Below, piece by piece: positions 1 through 10,126 of a DNA stretch of 64,000 nt. This DNA comes from Candidatus Doriopsillibacter californiensis. Lineage in GTDB: Bacteria > Pseudomonadota > Gammaproteobacteria > Tethybacterales > Persebacteraceae. The first letter of the stretch is position 1. The number at the start of each line of letters is the position of its first letter. The notes beneath the pieces were generated by a model that had not been told where the DNA came from, made no database searches, and worked only from the letters and a program-made list of their open reading frames with translations. The position numbers and the translations under genes were made by a program. The stretch covers positions 11,131 through 75,130 of the forward strand of contig JANQAO010000004.1 in the NCBI GenBank assembly GCA_030386295.1, written 5' to 3'.

Positions 1-94
1 GTTTTTGCAGTCCGATGAGTCGTGTGAAAGCTCCTACAAAGATCGTGATGGCAAATATCAAGGACAAACGGGGATTGTCCCGCCGCGCTCTTGA

Positions 95-895
95 ATGGGG
101 GATGCCGCCCACTGGGTTAATATTATTATTCTCGGCATCGTTGAAGGTGTTACCGAATTTTTGCCAGTTTCTAGTACCGGTCATCTGATTATTACAGCTC
201 ACTGGTTGGGTGAAAATTCTGCTGGTGGAAAACTATTTGAAGTGGTAATTCAACTGGGCGCAATTGTTGCTGTATGTTACGAATTTCGTGCCCGCTTGTT
301 ACAGATGGCACGTGACTGGCGTGGTGAGGCGACGCGGCGTATGGCGGTTAACCTCACATTGGCATTTTTGCCTGCCGCAATACTGGGGTTGCTGTTGTAT
401 GACACGATTAAACTTTATTTGTTTTCACCGGTGACGGTGGCGTTGGCGCTGATTGTCGGCGGTGTGGTAATTATATGGGCGGAACGCCGACCGCGTGCGT
501 CGCGTATCATGCAAATGGAAGAGTTACGTCCTCGCGATGCACTCGTTGTTGGGCTGTGTCAAACCTTGTCTTTATTTCCGGGCGTGTCACGGGCGGGAGC
601 GACGATTATTGGTGCCATGCTGTGGGGAGTGGAGCGACGAACGGCAACAGAATTTTCTTTCTTTTTGGCGTTACCGGTTATGTTTGCCGCTAGCGGTTAT
701 GACTTGTGGAAAAGCCGTGATTTGTTAAATTGGCAACTGGCGGGTGACATTGCGTTGGGCTTTGTTGTGTCGTTTGTATCGGCATTACTGGTTATTCGTG
801 TATTGCTACGTTATGTTTCGCGTCACAATTTCACACCTTTTGGCTGGTACCGTATTATTTTTGGATTGCTGGTATTGGCGGTATTTGCCAGCTGA
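95..895 (+). CDS. uppP: undecaprenyl-diphosphatase (UppP/BacA)
   Basis: 266-aa polytopic membrane protein with the N-terminal EGxTEFLPVSSTGHL motif and the PGxSRSGxT motif characteristic of UppP. Similar length to E. coli UppP. Confidence 0.9.
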   Translation: MGDAAHWVNIIILGIVEGVTEFLPVSSTGHLIITAHWLGENSAGGKLFEVVIQLGAIVAVCYEFRARLLQMARDWRGEATRRMAVNLTLAFLPAAILGLLLYDTIKLYLFSPVTVALALIVGGVVIIWAERRPRASRIMQMEELRPRDALVVGLCQTLSLFPGVSRAGATIIGAMLWGVERRTATEFSFFLALPVMFAASGYDLWKSRDLLNWQLAGDIALGFVVSFVSALLVIRVLLRYVSRHNFTPFGWYRIIFGLLVLAVFAS

Positions 896-1028
896 TTTGA
901 GAAAATTTATGGATGGTAACCGCCTCAAATGAGGAGAGTTTTTTTACAAAAAACTAGACGCAAATAATTGATAAATTCACTGAGGGATTTTGTGTTTTTT
1001 ATGTTGTTTAGGAACTCGTTTATTGCAT

Positions 1029-1253
1029 TCAAAGGCGAGTACACAGCGTGGTTAGACGTTTGTTGAGTTCTATCAACGCGGACGGGAATTTTTGCCAATC
1101 GGGTTCTTCCCTCTTGGCTTCGGCGACAAGTGTAGTCATGCTATTGATGGAGTCGGCCAGACGGTTCATTGCGTCTGCCAGCTCACGAATGTCGGCGGTT
1201 TGTAATCCTGCTATTGTTGGTTCTTTTTCCATGCAATTATTATAAGCGAGCAT
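1029..1253 (-). CDS. hypothetical small charged helical protein (67-74 aa)
   Basis: Open frame lying between uppP and rpmE. No recognisable motif. An antisense ORF of similar length overlaps it, so it could be spurious. Confidence 0.25.
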   Translation of the reverse strand: MLAYNNCMEKEPTIAGLQTADIRELADAMNRLADSINSMTTLVAEAKREEPDWQKFPSALIELNKRLTTLCTRL

Positions 1254-1315
1254 CTATTTTTTGCGGATGATAGTATAATTTGCTTTTTCCCTGAAGACGC
1301 GCAAGCGGCAATGCC

Positions 1316-1528
1316 ATGAAAAAAGACATTCATCCCGATTATCACTACATCCCTGCAACCTGTTCTTGCGGCAACACGCTGCAAGTTGGTACTACTTGCA
1401 GCCAAGAGCATTTGCAATTAGATATTTGTTCCAATTGTCATCCCTTTTACACAGGGAAGCAAAAGCTAGTTGATACTTCTGGGCGCGTGGAGCAGTTTCG
1501 TCGCCGCTTCGGCGCCAAAACCAACTAA
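1316..1528 (+). CDS. rpmE: 50S ribosomal protein L31
   Basis: 70 aa, starts [10 protein letters not shown]. Zinc-ribbon CxC...[12 protein letters not shown] motif typical of L31. Confidence 0.9.
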   Translation: MKKDIHPDYHYIPATCSCGNTLQVGTTCSQEHLQLDICSNCHPFYTGKQKLVDTSGRVEQFRRRFGAKTN

Positions 1529-1559
1529 CTTTTTCGCGCCCAACCCATGGGCGGTACCG

Positions 1560-1595
1560 TAAGTATCTTTGGCGCAACACCCGCCGCCGGTTTTT
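1560..1595 (+). terminator. possible rpmE intrinsic terminator (GC-rich segment followed by a T8 run)
   Basis: cccgccgccggtttttttt lies immediately downstream of the rpmE stop. The stem is not a clean inverted repeat. The T-run falls inside the unlikely N-terminal extension of the next ORF, which is why that gene start was moved to 1643. Confidence 0.3.
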
Positions 1596-1642
1596 TTTCT
1601 GGGCGACAACAGGAGCCGCTCCCTATTTCATCGCGTAAGTCA

Positions 1643-3163
1643 ATGCTATACGCTATTCTCTGTCTGTTGTGGATTGGTTTTGGTTTAATTGGGCGCGATC
1701 CATGGAAGCCGGTAGAAATAGATTTTGTCGTAATCATAGCTGAGTTTATCGGCGCATTACCTAATCTGCCTGATGAGGCGAGTCCACGAGAAATTGTGTC
1801 GTTGTATCTGTTGCTTGCTGCTACTATGGGGTGGGCGTTTTTTCCGCTACTGGAAATTCATGAAGGTGCTCGGCTTATTAACGTCTTGATGCTGGCTGGC
1901 GGGCTTGTTTGTATCGGTTTTGCCACTCGTACTTGTCATGGTGGTCGTGCTGGCTGGATGGCGGCATTGTTAGCTATGGGTACAGCGGGTTTTATGATTC
2001 GCGCTCATTTGCTAAACACAGCTGTACCGGCTTTTTTTGGTATGGCGGTACTGGTGTGGGCGATGACGCGGTTGCGGCGGCACGCATTGGTCGGAGGTAT
2101 GATGGTGGGTTTAGCTTTGGGTTTTTTGTTTGTCGCCGCTTCTCCTACGGTGGCGGTGGCAGGAGCAGTCGGAAGTGGACTTACGTTGTGCCACCATAAT
2201 TGGAGGCGACCGTCACATGTTATTGGATTGGCGATTGTGCCAGTTTTTTTTGCGCCATGGGTGTTGTTATGGGTGCCTACCGCATCAATGTTAAGCGTAA
2301 CCACACCGTTTTATGAATGGTTGCTGGCTGGCTTTACGCCGCGTTTTAGTTCTGCCGTATCTCTGTTGCGTGTGGCGGCATGGGCACTATTTCCAGTATT
2401 ACCGGCGGCATTGGCAGTGTTGTGGTTACGCCGCCATACTTTGCCTAAGGAACCGATGCCATTTTTTTGTCTGACTTTGGCGGTGGCGGGATTTGTACAT
2501 TTTGGACTGTATGGTGATGGAGAAGAAGATTTGTTTTTACTGTTGCCACCGTTGGCGGTGTTTGCCGCCTGTGGACTAAGTCGGCTGCCAGATAATTATG
2601 CGGTCATTTTAGATCGATTTGCCTTGGGTGTTGTTGGTCTAGGTGCGGTAGGCGGTATGTGGATAATTTGGCTGATTGTGCAAACTGGTTTTCCTGCAGC
2701 ATTGGCCGATAGTATCCGAGAAAAAATTGCTTTTTTTCCTTTTCCTGCCGTAGCTTGGTGGAAGGTTGTGGTGGCTGCATGTATCACTCTGTTGTGGGTA
2801 GGGTTAGCGGCTAATTTTGATCGTTCTAACGAGCGGGCAGTGCTTAACTGGAGTGCGGGAATTACCGCTTTGTGGAGCGTTTTTAATTTACTGGCGGTAG
2901 ACATCGTAGACGCTGGTAAATCATATCGTCGCATGGCGGTAGCGGTGACGAGTGGAACACAATCCAATTGCTTTACTGCACAGGGGATAGACGCTTCTAC
3001 GTTGGGGCAGCTGGTATATTTTGGTGCCCCATTACGCACAACTGGCTGTGATTATGTATTACAACCAACTGCGTTGCCGTCAATCGGCACTGCCGTTTGG
3101 CGTGGCGGACGCTATAGTGAAAAAAATTACACACTGTATCTGCCGGCAACGCAGACACCATAA
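1643..3163 (+). CDS. polytopic inner-membrane protein, possible GT-C fold glycosyltransferase (ArnT/PMT-like)
   Basis: About 506 aa with more than 10 predicted TM helices. The first periplasmic loop, GRDPWKPVE, resembles the R-x-x-W-x-P-D-E-x-RY loop of ArnT/GT39 enzymes. The start was trimmed from 1547 because the upstream extension overlaps the rpmE terminator-like T-run. Confidence 0.45.
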   Translation: MLYAILCLLWIGFGLIGRDPWKPVEIDFVVIIAEFIGALPNLPDEASPREIVSLYLLLAATMGWAFFPLLEIHEGARLINVLMLAGGLVCIGFATRTCHGGRAGWMAALLAMGTAGFMIRAHLLNTAVPAFFGMAVLVWAMTRLRRHALVGGMMVGLALGFLFVAASPTVAVAGAVGSGLTLCHHNWRRPSHVIGLAIVPVFFAPWVLLWVPTASMLSVTTPFYEWLLAGFTPRFSSAVSLLRVAAWALFPVLPAALAVLWLRRHTLPKEPMPFFCLTLAVAGFVHFGLYGDGEEDLFLLLPPLAVFAACGLSRLPDNYAVILDRFALGVVGLGAVGGMWIIWLIVQTGFPAALADSIREKIAFFPFPAVAWWKVVVAACITLLWVGLAANFDRSNERAVLNWSAGITALWSVFNLLAVDIVDAGKSYRRMAVAVTSGTQSNCFTAQGIDASTLGQLVYFGAPLRTTGCDYVLQPTALPSIGTAVWRGGRYSEKNYTLYLPATQTP

Positions 3164-3333
3164 GTAGGATGATTTAAATGAGTGTGGGCGATAAAGAAAT
3201 AAAAAGTCAGAAAATAAACACAAAAAACTTTATCCACGGCATCATTGTTACCTTATCCTTTTAAATTATCGTGGATTGAATGTGGGTGGAGGTAATCACT
3301 GATATACAATAGGGCTTTCTCATTTTATCCGTT

Positions 3334-4435
3334 ATGATAGACACCACCGATATTCGTATTAGCCTTGATAACAGCAGGAAACTGTTGCTTGAAATCAGGG
3401 GGTTTCTTTAACGTTGATGGCAAGGCTTGCCGCGTCGCCGATATAGACGCGCAATTACAACAGCCGGAGGTGTGGCGTGATCAAGAGGCTATGGCTGCCT
3501 TGCAGCGCGAGCGATCGCGACTCACCGATGATGTTCGTATTGTTAATGAGTTGTCTGGTCGTGTCGACGAGGCGGTTGATTTTCTGACTCTGGCTACAGA
3601 AGAAAACGATGAAGGTTTGCTTGCTGAGACGGCGGCGGAAGTAATGTCGTTACAAGATTTGGTGCGTGATTTAAATATACGAAGGTTGTTTGATGGCGCG
3701 CATGACAGCGGTGATAGTTTTTTGACGGTGCAGGCCGGTTCCGGCGGTACCGAAGCTCAGGATTGGGCCGCAATGCTGTTGCGGATGTATTTACATTACG
3801 CGGAGGGGAAATCTTTTCAAGTAGAGATGTTGGAAGAATCCAAGGGCGAGGTTGCTGGTGTTAAGAGCGCTTCAATAAAAATATCAGGTGCCTATGCTTA
3901 CGGTTATTTGCGTACGGAAACTGGTATTCACCGGCTAGTGCGCAAGTCACCTTTTGATGCCAATAACCGGCGTCATACTTCATTTGCCAGCGTCTTTGTG
4001 TTTCCCGTGGTAGACCAAAACATTGAAATTGATATTAATCCTGCTGATTTGCGAGTGGATACTTATCGTTCCAGTGGTGCCGGCGGGCAACACGTTAACA
4101 CTACCGATTCGGCAGTACGCATTACACACCAACCATCGGGGATTGTGGTGCAATGCCAGAATGATCGCTCACAGCACAAAAATCGCGCTTCAGCTATGTC
4201 TATGTTGCGTGCCCGGTTGTATCAACATGAACTATCTATTAACAACGCCGAAAAAAATAAAATAGAGGAAAACAAAGACGAAATTACATGGGGGCGGCAA
4301 ATTCGTTCTTATGTGCTGGACCAGTCGCGTATTAAAGATTTACGTACGGGGCATGAATCTGGTAATACTCGCGCTGTGTTGGATGGCGCGTTGGATGATT
4401 TTATTCGTGCTAGCTTGTTGGCGCAGGTGTCATAG
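3334..4435 (+). CDS. prfB: peptide chain release factor 2, made by a programmed +1 frameshift (ORF0 3334-3411, then +1 frame to 4435)
   Basis: The downstream frame carries SGAGGQHVNTTDSAVRITH and QCQNDRSQHKN, including the GGQ motif. A 25-codon upstream ORF, MIDTTDIRISLDNSRKLLLEIRGFL, ends at an in-frame stop inside the slippery site. The geometry matches E. coli prfB. Confidence 0.9.
3397..3412 (+). promoter_or_regulatory. RF2 autoregulatory +1 frameshift cassette: internal SD-like AGGGGG, then CTT TAA C
   Basis: The sequence is aggggg ttt ctt taa c. E. coli has AGGGGG TAT CTT TGA C. The in-frame stop here is UAA rather than UGA. Confidence 0.8.
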
Positions 4436-4526
4436 TTTTATAAAATTGGGAAAAGCAGTTCAGTTTTTTCTGAATTAATTAATATTGACTGTAGTCCAGT
4501 TATTTATAAAACGAAAAAACCTAATT

Positions 4527-5642
4527 TTATTTGCTGCGAAACGCGTTGACAGCAGTAATAACCGCATCTGTCGCCGCATCAGACATGACTGGTGATATTG
4601 GCAGGCTCAAAACTTCGTTTGCTAACTGTTCGGTAAGTGGTAGCTGAAAAGCCGCTAACGGAGAGTCGGCGTAGGCACGTTGTTGGTGCGGAGGAATTGG
4701 ATAATGCACGAGAGTGCCGACTCCAGCGTTGCGCAAATGCGCTGCCAATTCGCCACGCCAACGGCAACGCACAACAAATAAATGCCACACATGAGATAGT
4801 TCATCTGCTGGCATTTCTGGTATTTGCACCAGCGGATTGTTAATGCCAATCGCATATCGTCTAGCGATGGCTCGACGCCGTGCATTGTCGCTATCAAGCA
4901 ACGGCAATTTAACTCGCAGTAGTGCGGCCTGTAATTCATCCAACCGCGAATTAACACCGATATAATAATTTTTATATTTTTGTGTAGAACCGTAATTGCG
5001 TAACGTGTGTACAGTGTCTGCTATTTCATCATCTTCGGTAATGAGGGCGCCGCCGTCGCCCAGCGCACCTAAATTTTTTCCCGGATAAAAACTGAATGCG
5101 GCAGCAGTGCTTTGCCCACCTAAGGATTGACCGCTAATTTTGGCTCCATGCGCTTGGGCAGCATCTTCAAATAGCAGTAAGCCATGCTCGTCCGCTATTG
5201 TGCGCAACGCTCCCATCGGTGCGGCGAGTCCATATAAATGCACTACGATAATGGCACGAGTTCGTGAGGTGATTGCTGCAATAGTATTTTGTGGACACAA
5301 ATTGTGTGTGTTTGCGTCCGGTTCAACAGGGCGCGGTACTAGCCCTGTGCTGCTGGCTGCTAGTATCGTGGCAATGTAGGTGTTAGCGGGGACAACGATT
5401 TCATCTCCCGGCTGCAAGCGTCCTTGTAAGATGGTGGCGCGCAACATTAAAGTCAGCGCATCCAGCCCTGAAGCGACGCCCACACAATGTCGTGCACCGC
5501 AATAATTGGCAAATTCGCGCTCAAAGGCGGTAACTTCTTCGCCTAAAACATACCAGCCGGAAGTGATAACTCGAGACGCCGCGGCAGACAGTTCTTTATG
5601 TTGCCGTTCGTTAATGGCCTTCAAATCAAGAAATGGCTGCAT
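4527..5642 (-). CDS. DegT/DnrJ/EryC1/StrS-family PLP-dependent sugar aminotransferase (ArnB/WecE-like)
   Basis: 371 aa with family-typical segments (LAIxGG..P, HLYG, FSFYPGKNLGAxGDGG). Family assignment only. Confidence 0.8.
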   Translation of the reverse strand: MQPFLDLKAINERQHKELSAAASRVITSGWYVLGEEVTAFEREFANYCGARHCVGVASGLDALTLMLRATILQGRLQPGDEIVVPANTYIATILAASSTGLVPRPVEPDANTHNLCPQNTIAAITSRTRAIIVVHLYGLAAPMGALRTIADEHGLLLFEDAAQAHGAKISGQSLGGQSTAAAFSFYPGKNLGALGDGGALITEDDEIADTVHTLRNYGSTQKYKNYYIGVNSRLDELQAALLRVKLPLLDSDNARRRAIARRYAIGINNPLVQIPEMPADELSHVWHLFVVRCRWRGELAAHLRNAGVGTLVHYPIPPHQQRAYADSPLAAFQLPLTEQLANEVLSLPISPVMSDAATDAVITAVNAFRSK

Positions 5643-5700
5643 TTGTAATTACTTTCTGTAAGTCAGAAAAAAGATAGTCAGTGTGGCAGTAGTGTATTTT

Positions 5701-5991
5701 TTATTCTTTTGCGGGCACAATAAAAATTTCTCCTGGTTTTACCATCAGCAACCGGTTACGAGCAATTTCTTCCATGCGTTGCGGATTTTTTTTTGTTTCA
5801 TTCACGAGTACGCCAAGTTCCCGATTGCTGATTTTCATACGGGTGCTTTTGTTTTCATAAGTGCGAACTTCTGCTTGCATTGTTTTTACCCGACTCCAAC
5901 CGTCATTAGGGTCATAGTAAGCGGAATACCACAGCCAGCTCCCCAATAAAACAAAGCCAATTGCTGCCGCATAGCATAATCGTTGGTTCAT
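5701..5991 (-). CDS. ftsB: cell division protein FtsB (septum formation initiator)
   Basis: 96 aa. It has an N-terminal TM segment and then a coiled coil. It sits immediately downstream of eno with a 4-nt overlap, as in other gammaproteobacteria. Confidence 0.7.
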   Translation of the reverse strand: MNQRLCYAAAIGFVLLGSWLWYSAYYDPNDGWSRVKTMQAEVRTYENKSTRMKISNRELGVLVNETKKNPQRMEEIARNRLLMVKPGEIFIVPAKE

Positions 5992-7283
5992 GGTTGCCGT
6001 GCCAATGTTGCTACGCCACGATAAGGCGCAGTGACGGTTAACTCGTCGGCAATGCGCAGTAGGCGGTTATATTTGGCGACACGTTCGCCGCGGCACGGTG
6101 CACCGGTTTTAATTTGTCCGGCATCATAAGCTACCGCCATATCGGCAATTTCGGAAAATTCCGTTTCACCGGAACGGTGCGATAAAACTACTCCATATCC
6201 TGCTTGTTGCGCCAGTCGTACCGCCTGTTGCGTTTCAGTTACCGTGCCTGCCTGATTGGGTTTAGCCAGCAGAGCAGTGCCTATTTGTTGGTCAATGCCT
6301 CGTTGTAGCAAAGCGCAATTGGTAACAAACAAATCGTCTCCTACTAACTGTAGTTTGTCGGCGAGTCGCTCGCTTAATATTTTCCAACCGTCCCAGTCGT
6401 CTTCGGCGCAGGCGTCTTCTATGCTGACAATCGGATACGTGTTGGCCCACCTTGCTAGCAATTCCACTAGCATGGCGGCGTCGCCGCGAAAGTTTTCTGT
6501 TTTTAGAACATAAACGCCGTCACGATAAAACTCGCTGGCAGCACAGTCCATAGCAATGGCAATGTCGCATCCCGGTGTGTATCCGGCACGGGTGATTGCT
6601 TCTGTCAACAAATCTAGCGCTTCTGTCGTGCCGCCACGCAAATTGGGAGCAAAACCGCCTTCGTCGCCGACGGCAGTGGTGTCACCACGAGAGAGTAGGA
6701 GGCGGCGTAGTACGTGAAAGACTTCCGTGCCGGCAAACAGGGCAGATGCAAAGTCGTTAAACCCTAGGGGCATAATCATGAACTCTTGAATATCCAGATT
6801 ATTAGCGGCATGGGCGCCGCCGTTGAGAATATTCATCATTGGCACTGGCATAGTGTTACCACCGCCTAAATGGACGTGCAACGGTACGCCTGCGTGAATT
6901 GCAGCCGCTTTAGCGGTCGCCAGAGAAACCGCTAGCAGTGCATTAGCACCTAATCGCGATTTGTCTTTACTGCCGTCCAAGGAAATTAATGTAGCATCAA
7001 TGTCTCCCTGCTGCGAGGCATCGGCACCGATAATTGCGGCGGCAATGTCATTATTAATGTGTGAGACGGCGCGACGTACGCCTTTTCCGGCTAAACGTTT
7101 GTCGCCATCACGTAGTTCTACCGCTTCGCGTGTTCCTGTTGACGCTCCGGATGGCGCCGCAGCAATGGCAGTAGCACCGCCGGTTAGGTGTATCTCGGCT
7201 TCTACCGTGGGATTTCCCCGTGAGTCCAAAATTTCGCGCCCTCGCAGTGAGGAAATAACCGCTCCGTCTTGACCATTTGTCAT
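5988..7283 (-). CDS. eno: enolase (phosphopyruvate hydratase)
   Basis: Start set at MTNGQDGAVISSLRGREILDSRGNPTVEAE, with AAGGA about 10 nt upstream. Strongly conserved enolase sequence throughout. The ORF-track start at 7340 is an N-terminal over-extension. Confidence 0.95.
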   Translation of the reverse strand: MTNGQDGAVISSLRGREILDSRGNPTVEAEIHLTGGATAIAAAPSGASTGTREAVELRDGDKRLAGKGVRRAVSHINNDIAAAIIGADASQQGDIDATLISLDGSKDKSRLGANALLAVSLATAKAAAIHAGVPLHVHLGGGNTMPVPMMNILNGGAHAANNLDIQEFMIMPLGFNDFASALFAGTEVFHVLRRLLLSRGDTTAVGDEGGFAPNLRGGTTEALDLLTEAITRAGYTPGCDIAIAMDCAASEFYRDGVYVLKTENFRGDAAMLVELLARWANTYPIVSIEDACAEDDWDGWKILSERLADKLQLVGDDLFVTNCALLQRGIDQQIGTALLAKPNQAGTVTETQQAVRLAQQAGYGVVLSHRSGETEFSEIADMAVAYDAGQIKTGAPCRGERVAKYNRLLRIADELTVTAPYRGVATLARQP

Positions 7284-7444
7284 TGAGTAATTTTTCCTTA
7301 TTTTTTGTGCGATATTATTTAGTGCAGTAAATTTTATCATGTAGCAAAAAAGTATGACGTTATAAAGATATCAGCCATGAGGCAAATTGGGCGAGTGGTA
7401 AAATTTGATTTGTTTTTGTTCATATAAATAAGCGAGAAACCACT

Positions 7445-10126
7445 ATGCCTAATCCTTTTGCTTCATGCAAAAAAACAATTGCGCTCTCCGGCGGTAAAGA
7501 AAAAATGTATTATTCCTTGCCGGCACTGCAACAATCCCTTGACGTTAATATTCAACGGTTACCTGTTTGTTTGCGGGTGTTGTTGGAGTCAATACTGCGT
7601 AATTGTGATGGGCGGCGTATTACCGAGGCGCATGTGCGGGCACTGGCTGGCTGGCAAGCGACGGGCGAGCGTGATAACGAGGTACCTTTTGTCGTTAGCC
7701 GTGTGGTGTTGCAAGATTTTACGGGGGTTCCGTTGTTGGCAGACTTAGCCGCCATGCGTGAAGCGGCAGCACAGCAAGACAAGCCCGCTAGTAATATTGA
7801 ACCATTGGTGCCAGTGGAATTGGTGGTAGATCATTCCATTCAGGTTGACCACTACGGCTCATCGGAAGCTATGCGCCTCAACATGGAAATTGAATTTGAG
7901 CGTAACCGGGAGCGTTATGAGTTTCTTAAATGGGGGATGGGTGCCTTTGATACCTTTAAAGTGGTGCCGCCAGGTGTCGGCATCGTGCATCAGGTCAATT
8001 TGGAGCACCTGGCGCGTGGCGTGATGGAAAAAGATGGTTTGTGTTATCCAGACACAGTCGTTGGCACTGACTCTCATACTACGATGATTAACGGCATTGG
8101 TGTTGTTGGCTGGGGAGTGGGCGGCATTGAGGCAGAAGCTGCCATGCTCGGACAGCCGGTGTACATGCTGGAGCCGGATGTAGTGGGAGTGCATTTGCAA
8201 AATAACCTGCCACTAGGAGTGACGGCTACTGATATGGTGTTGACGGTGACGGAAATGTTGCGCCACGCCAATGTGGTGGGTAAGTTTGTGGAGTTTTTTG
8301 GCGATGGTGCGCGCTCTTTGTCGGTGCCTGACCGTGCCACAATTGGCAATATGGCTCCCGAATATGGAGCTACCATGGGATTTTTTGCTACCGATGACAA
8401 AACTGTGGAATATTTACGCGCCACTGGTCGCGACGAAGAGCAATTACAAACGGTTGCCACTTATTATCAAGCGCAAGGCATGTATGGTATTCCTGCTGAC
8501 GGGGAATGCGATTATTCGCAAGTACTCACTTTAGATTTATCTACAGTAGAGCCTTGCGTTGCCGGCCCCAAGCGTCCGCAAGATCGTATTTTGTTGCGCG
8601 ATCTTAAAAAACGATTCGTCAATATGTTTGTTGCGCCGACGGCAGATGGTGGGTACGGCAAGCAAGAAGCGGATTTGACAGCGCGTTATGACACCGGTAA
8701 AGACGGCGTAGATATTGGTGATGGCGATGTGCTGATTGCGGCGATTACTTCCTGTACCAATACGTCCAATCCTAGCGTGTTGTTGGCTGCTGGGCTACTC
8801 GCTAAAAAAGCCGCTCAACGAGGACTCAAGCCCTCTGCGCTCGTTAAAACGTCATTGGCTCCGGGCTCTAGAGTTGTCACCGATTATCTAGAAAAATCTG
8901 GATTGTTGCCATGGCTAGAAAAAATCGGTTTTCATCAAGTTGGCTACGGTTGTACGACCTGTATAGGCAATTCCGGTCCGCTGGATACGGCTTATGAAAA
9001 AACTATAGTTGAGCACAATCTTGTCGGTGCCGCTGTGCTATCCGGTAATCGTAATTTTGAAGCACGTGTACACCAAAACATTCGCGCTAATTTTCTTATG
9101 AGCCCGCCTCTGGTAGTAGCGTTTGCTTTGGCCGGGCGCATTGATATTGACTTGCAAAACGAACCTATCGGCACCGGCAATGACGACAAACTTGTGTATT
9201 TGCGTGATATTTGGCCATCAGGCGAAGAAATTGCCAATGTCATGAGCTATGCTGTGGATCCGGAAAACTTCAAAAGGCGCTACGGTGCAGACTTTTCACA
9301 AGATGTTGAATTGTGGCAACAAATTCCAAGTCACGATGGTGTCCGTTATATGTGGCAGTATAACTCTACCTATATTCAAATGCCGCCGTTTCTGGCGCAA
9401 AGAGGCGTTGTCGGTGGCGTAATTAACGGTGCCCGTTCCCTTGCTATGCTGGGTGATTCGGTCACTACTGATCATATTAGCCCAGCCGGTGCCATTAAGC
9501 CATCATCGCCGGCTGGTGTGTATTTGCGTGAAAACGGTGTTAAGGTAGCTGACTATAATTCTTATGGCTCGCGTCGTGGCAATCACGAAGTGATGATGCG
9601 CGGAACTTTTGCTAATGTGCGCATCCGTAACCTGATGGCTCCAGGCACCGAAGGCGGTGTCACTCTACACCAACCCAGCGGTGAGCAATTATCTATTTAT
9701 GATGCGGCGATGCGCTATCAGAAAACGCAAACGCCACTGCTTATTTTTGCTGGCAAGGAGTACGGTACCGGTTCTTCACGTGATTGGGCGGCAAAGGGTA
9801 CGCGCCTTTTGGGAGTTCGGGCGGTTATTGCGCGCAGCTACGAGCGTATTCACCGTAACAACTTAGTGGGTATGGGGGTGCTGCCGTGCCAATTTATCGG
9901 TGATGATTCTATTCAATCTTTGGGGTTGTGTGGCGATGAGACGTTTGATTTGGTAGGCGTGAGCGGCGACATTAAACCACGCCAAAAAGCTCAGCTAGTG
10001 GTTCATCGCGCTAACGGCAAAATAGATACGGTTGAACTGTTAGTGCGCGTAGATACGCCGACAGAATGCGATTATTATGCCAAAGACGGAATTTTGCCAT
10101 ATGTGATGGAGCAACTAATTGCTTGA
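7445..10126 (+). CDS. acnA: aconitate hydratase A
   Basis: 893 aa, collinear with E. coli AcnA. Matching segments include [49 protein letters not shown] and [12 protein letters not shown]. Confidence 0.9.
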   Translation: MPNPFASCKKTIALSGGKEKMYYSLPALQQSLDVNIQRLPVCLRVLLESILRNCDGRRITEAHVRALAGWQATGERDNEVPFVVSRVVLQDFTGVPLLADLAAMREAAAQQDKPASNIEPLVPVELVVDHSIQVDHYGSSEAMRLNMEIEFERNRERYEFLKWGMGAFDTFKVVPPGVGIVHQVNLEHLARGVMEKDGLCYPDTVVGTDSHTTMINGIGVVGWGVGGIEAEAAMLGQPVYMLEPDVVGVHLQNNLPLGVTATDMVLTVTEMLRHANVVGKFVEFFGDGARSLSVPDRATIGNMAPEYGATMGFFATDDKTVEYLRATGRDEEQLQTVATYYQAQGMYGIPADGECDYSQVLTLDLSTVEPCVAGPKRPQDRILLRDLKKRFVNMFVAPTADGGYGKQEADLTARYDTGKDGVDIGDGDVLIAAITSCTNTSNPSVLLAAGLLAKKAAQRGLKPSALVKTSLAPGSRVVTDYLEKSGLLPWLEKIGFHQVGYGCTTCIGNSGPLDTAYEKTIVEHNLVGAAVLSGNRNFEARVHQNIRANFLMSPPLVVAFALAGRIDIDLQNEPIGTGNDDKLVYLRDIWPSGEEIANVMSYAVDPENFKRRYGADFSQDVELWQQIPSHDGVRYMWQYNSTYIQMPPFLAQRGVVGGVINGARSLAMLGDSVTTDHISPAGAIKPSSPAGVYLRENGVKVADYNSYGSRRGNHEVMMRGTFANVRIRNLMAPGTEGGVTLHQPSGEQLSIYDAAMRYQKTQTPLLIFAGKEYGTGSSRDWAAKGTRLLGVRAVIARSYERIHRNNLVGMGVLPCQFIGDDSIQSLGLCGDETFDLVGVSGDIKPRQKAQLVVHRANGKIDTVELLVRVDTPTECDYYAKDGILPYVMEQLIA

